Below are positions 60,214 through 64,000 of a stretch of DNA of 64,000 bases, piece after piece (the stretch's first letter is position 1; each line of letters begins with the position of its first letter). Source of the stretch: an uncultured virus (IMG/VR IMGVR_UViG_3300047499_000163) (lineage: Duplodnaviria; Heunggongvirae; Uroviricota; Caudoviricetes). A model generated the notes under the pieces. That model was not told the DNA's origin and did not search any database. It saw only the letters and a list, made by a program, of their open reading frames with translations. Both the position numbers and the translations under genes were made by a program. The DNA lies in IMG/VR virus record IMGVR_UViG_3300047499_000163. One strand, 5' to 3'.

Positions 60214-62301
60214 ATGCCGAACGCCTACTCGCTCAACACACTCCCGTATATCTCGCCGTCCGGGACTGGCGATGGGTTGTTTTACGGAATCTGGAAACTC
60301 ACACGCGTGCTTCTCGCCGCGGGTTTCAGGTATCGGTCGAGCGGCAATGGTCAGTCATCGGGTTCGAAAGAGGTCTCGACAACGAACGCACAGCTCGATC
60401 TATGGGGCGTCGGCGGTGCAGTCCATCTTCAGAACGCTGGTCGTGGAACGGGCTCCGGATCTGGAGTTTCCATCGCTGCAGCTTCAGCAAGCACCGGGCA
60501 GGCAACGATTTCGGGAGTATCGGGGTTCACATCCTCGAGCGTTGGAGATTATCTGACGATCACCGGCAGCACGGTCTCAGGTGGTCCGAATACGACAACG
60601 GGGACGAACAATGGAAGCTGGAGAATCGTCTCGCAAACTGGCACGACAGTGACAATCTACGCGCCGGGCATGGTCGCCGAGACTGCCAACGCTAACTTGT
60701 CTGTCGTGGAGCAATACGGCGGAGCGGACGGATCGATTACCACATATGCCTCGCCGACTGGCAACACTCTCATCAATTTCACGACATCTTCATTCAACGG
60801 ATTCACCGCGGCCGACGTCGGCAACTACATCGTCATTTTGAATTCGGGATCCGGCAACAGCAACGCGTGGTACGTTGCCCAATTCGTTTCCAGCAACAAC
60901 GTCCTTCTCTACTCGCCGGCCAACTCGACGTGCACCGCGCGATCGATCACGGCGAGCGACGCCGGAAACCCGACGTTGCAATGGTGCATGTTCGACCCAA
61001 GGCAACAATTCTACCCGACCTACATCCAAGGCGCCAACGGGCAGGGCGCTTGGTGGAATTTCCAAGGTCCATCAATTCTCAAAATTCCGCTTGGAACCAA
61101 CTTGCCGACCGGCACCTTCGTCCGGAACGAGAATATCACGCAAGCGGGAACCGGGGCGCAGGGAGAACTCATCGGCATCATCACGGACACAGGAGGAGCG
61201 GGATTCCTAGTCGTCAACCCTCGAGTTTGGGGCACCGGTGGAGGAGTACGCGGCTGGAACACCAGCGGCAGCACAGACACCGTGACAGGGTCCATATCTG
61301 GAGCAACCATCACGACGCCGGCCAGCTCTACACCCATCGAGTACATCTCGGAATGGGTCATCTGGAAGAGCACGGTGACTCTCGGACACATCTACCATCA
61401 GCATATAGACCAGAACTCATCGACTGAATCCGCGACTAGTGCCACAACGGGCCGTTTCTCAACCATGGCCAACACACTGTCGCAAGTCACTGCACAGCAA
61501 GCTCCAGCGAGTTCTTCTGGCTCGACGCCGACGTCCAACGGATTCCCAACGACGGGTACATACGTCGTGATGGGCAACGCCACTAACGGCACCGTCACTA
61601 CATCCGCGGCCACGTGGCTGGCCGCCGGCGGCCCCACTCAGATGGGAAGATTCCACTGCATCGGAGTCAATTGCGCGGAGAGCAACGGAGTCAGCCAGGA
61701 TGGAAGTTGGCTCCACATCCAGGGTTCGGGCCTTGGATACCTCACGATGGTCTACACCCGAATGGACAACAATGAGGATGGAGACCTCGATCCGTTCGTC
61801 CACCAGGGCAATTGGCTAGGCTCCCTGAACGCCGCGCCCAACCGCACCACTGACGCTTCAGGGTCCGGGTCTGGAACTGACAATGCGAACACGGGCCAGG
61901 CATGGATTAACAGCACGGGCAGTCACGGCTTCAAGGGTTTTCGACGTCGCGGGTTGAGCGGAGAGACATTCAACTACTTCAGTGTTTCGATGCTCTACGA
62001 TTTCGCAAACGCAGTGTATCCCCAACTAATAAACAACGGGAACCCTGACCAGATCGGGACGGCGCCGAACATCCAATTTGTCAGGGATGTGCTGTGGCTC
62101 TGGCTCACGCCATTCACAGCGCAGCTTGCCACCGGAAGAATGCGCAAAGGCACTCTGAGGTGGATGCAACTAGTGCAAGGAGCGACCGGCAACATGACCT
62201 TTGACGGTATGACGTGGGTGAGCCTCTCTTCTATTTCCCCGTTGACCGGCATTCCGTTTATCGTGGGGCCATGGGATGGGGCTACTGTGCCGACCTATTG
62301 A
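60214..62301 (+). CDS. large Gly/Thr/Ser-rich virion structural protein
   Basis: 695 aa, beta-rich; paralog of the next gene. Confidence 0.75.
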   Translation: MPNAYSLNTLPYISPSGTGDGLFYGIWKLTRVLLAAGFRYRSSGNGQSSGSKEVSTTNAQLDLWGVGGAVHLQNAGRGTGSGSGVSIAAASASTGQATISGVSGFTSSSVGDYLTITGSTVSGGPNTTTGTNNGSWRIVSQTGTTVTIYAPGMVAETANANLSVVEQYGGADGSITTYASPTGNTLINFTTSSFNGFTAADVGNYIVILNSGSGNSNAWYVAQFVSSNNVLLYSPANSTCTARSITASDAGNPTLQWCMFDPRQQFYPTYIQGANGQGAWWNFQGPSILKIPLGTNLPTGTFVRNENITQAGTGAQGELIGIITDTGGAGFLVVNPRVWGTGGGVRGWNTSGSTDTVTGSISGATITTPASSTPIEYISEWVIWKSTVTLGHIYHQHIDQNSSTESATSATTGRFSTMANTLSQVTAQQAPASSSGSTPTSNGFPTTGTYVVMGNATNGTVTTSAATWLAAGGPTQMGRFHCIGVNCAESNGVSQDGSWLHIQGSGLGYLTMVYTRMDNNEDGDLDPFVHQGNWLGSLNAAPNRTTDASGSGSGTDNANTGQAWINSTGSHGFKGFRRRGLSGETFNYFSVSMLYDFANAVYPQLINNGNPDQIGTAPNIQFVRDVLWLWLTPFTAQLATGRMRKGTLRWMQLVQGATGNMTFDGMTWVSLSSISPLTGIPFIVGPWDGATVPTY

Positions 62302-62307
62302 GACACC

Positions 62308-64000
62308 ATGGGAAACGCCTACACTCTCAACACGACGCTTTTCAACGCCGCGGAGACCTTCTACGGCCATTGGAAGCTAATTCGTACCATGTTGGCAGCG
62401 GGTTATCGCTACAGAGCTAGCGGTAATGGCCAATCGTCAGGGGTGAAGGACACAAGCGCCGACTTCCAGAACGATCTTTGGGGCACTGGTGGCGCCGTGC
62501 ACTTGCAGAGCGCCAGCCGTGGAACCGGTTCAGGCTCTGGAGTCTCCATAGCGGCAGCCTCTGCGAGCACTGGAAACTCCACGATCTCTGGAGTTTCCGG
62601 ATTCACCTCATCGTCTGTGGGCGACTTCCTGGTCATAACCGGCAGCACTGCGACGGGGGGTCCAGGAACCAGCGGCACCAACAACGGGAACTGGAAGATC
62701 GTGTCGCAGACGGGCACGACCGTCACGGTCTACGCTCCGGGAATAGTGGCAGAGACCGGGAATGCCAGCCTCTCTACTGTCGAGCAGTACGGAGGAGCTG
62801 ACGGTTCCATCACGACCTACGTAGGAACTGGCAGCCCGCTCATCAACTTCACGACCGGTTCGTTTACCGGTTTCACCGCGAGCGATGTCGGCAACAAGCT
62901 GACGATCTTGAATTCCGGGTCGGGCAACAACGGCACATACACCATCGCGCAGTTTGTTTCCAACAACAACGTTCTTCTGTACTCGCCGTCCAATACGAAC
63001 GAAACGGCTCCATTCATCACTGCAAGCGATGCTGGAAATCCGACGCTTCAGTGGGTGGTGGTGGACCCGCGCCAGCAAGGATACCCGCTCTACATCTCCG
63101 CCGCCAACGGACAGGGCGCGTGGTACAACCTCTCCGGGCCGCCCACGCTCAAGATCCCCATCGGGTCGAACGTGTCAACCGGGACGTTCATCCGAGGTGA
63201 AAACATCACGCAGACCACGACGGGCGCTCAGGGCGAACTCCTTGGGTATGAGCCTGATGCGTCAGGCGGCACCGGATATTTGGTGGTCTCTCCGCGCCTT
63301 TACGGAACAGGAGCCCAGGCTACGGGTGTCCGAGGTTGGAACGCTTCGAACAACACGGACACCATCACCGGAGCACTATCGGGAGCGACGGTGACAACAC
63401 CTGCGAACTCGACTCCCATCGCGTACATCTCTGAATGGGTCTGGTGGAAGAACAGCGCCACGTTGGGGCACATCTATCATCAACGCATTGACAGGAATCC
63501 TTCCACAGAAGCGGCCACGTCATTCAGCACGGGCCGTTTTTCGACACTGGCCGCATCCGGAACGGTCACATCGCAAGTGGCTCCGGGGTCTGGAGCGAGC
63601 GCAAACCCAACAACCAACGGATTCCCTACAGTAGGGACGTACGTCGTCATCGGCGGGGCCCAAACCGGAAGTGTCACGACCAGCACAGCTTTTTGGACTC
63701 TCAACACTCCGACCGCTGCTGGCAAGTTCCATTGCCTCGTGGCCAACGCAATTGAAAGCTCTGGAGTGAGCGCAGACGGAAGCTGGAAATACCTGCAGAG
63801 TTGTAACTCCACAGGCTACCAGATAATGTCCTACGACCGCATGGACAATCAAGAGGACGGGGATCTGGACCCGTATCTCCACATCTGCGCGTGGAATGGT
63901 ACCCAAAACGGTGCCCCCAACAGGATCACGCAGACTGGAGGTGCCGGATCTAGCACCGACAATATGAACACGGCCCAGTTGTGGCTCAACAACAGTAACG
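62308..64000 (+). CDS. paralog of 60214-62301 (partial, runs off window)
   Basis: MGNAYTLNT...; collinear similarity throughout. Confidence 0.78.
   Translation, partial: MGNAYTLNTTLFNAAETFYGHWKLIRTMLAAGYRYRASGNGQSSGVKDTSADFQNDLWGTGGAVHLQSASRGTGSGSGVSIAAASASTGNSTISGVSGFTSSSVGDFLVITGSTATGGPGTSGTNNGNWKIVSQTGTTVTVYAPGIVAETGNASLSTVEQYGGADGSITTYVGTGSPLINFTTGSFTGFTASDVGNKLTILNSGSGNNGTYTIAQFVSNNNVLLYSPSNTNETAPFITASDAGNPTLQWVVVDPRQQGYPLYISAANGQGAWYNLSGPPTLKIPIGSNVSTGTFIRGENITQTTTGAQGELLGYEPDASGGTGYLVVSPRLYGTGAQATGVRGWNASNNTDTITGALSGATVTTPANSTPIAYISEWVWWKNSATLGHIYHQRIDRNPSTEAATSFSTGRFSTLAASGTVTSQVAPGSGASANPTTNGFPTVGTYVVIGGAQTGSVTTSTAFWTLNTPTAAGKFHCLVANAIESSGVSADGSWKYLQSCNSTGYQIMSYDRMDNQEDGDLDPYLHICAWNGTQNGAPNRITQTGGAGSSTDNMNTAQLWLNNSN

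Overview
Segment of a large GC-rich (roughly 60%) phage genome. About 55 tRNA genes covering all 20 amino acids lie on the minus strand across 1-45.4 kb, interleaved with small ORFs and about 11 HNH, EndoVII or PD-(D/E)XK endonuclease genes. The array is headed by a sigma70-type promoter, a 52-codon leader-peptide attenuator and a boxB/boxA-like element. It includes 8/4-fold tRNAs, a group I intron in tRNA-Asn, and several split, chimeric or insertion-bearing tRNAs. The standout locus is 29.9-36.9 kb: a Ro60/TROVE-vWA-like gene with candidate E2, JAB peptidase, ubiquitin-like and ThiF/E1 genes, followed by a separately promoted array of eight RNAs. These share one conserved helical module grafted onto tRNA bodies in different topologies, one of them circularly permuted like YrlA-type Y RNAs. 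At least 12 unrelated small ORFs share a C-terminal motif of the VREVMES-stop type. The window also encodes EF-Tu, ribosomal protein bL12, RuvB, a DNA methyltransferase and phosphatases, and from 52.7 kb collagen/LamG virion-fibre-like genes. All calls come from reading the sequence by eye; no database searches were run. Several frameshifts suggest indel errors or pseudogenes.
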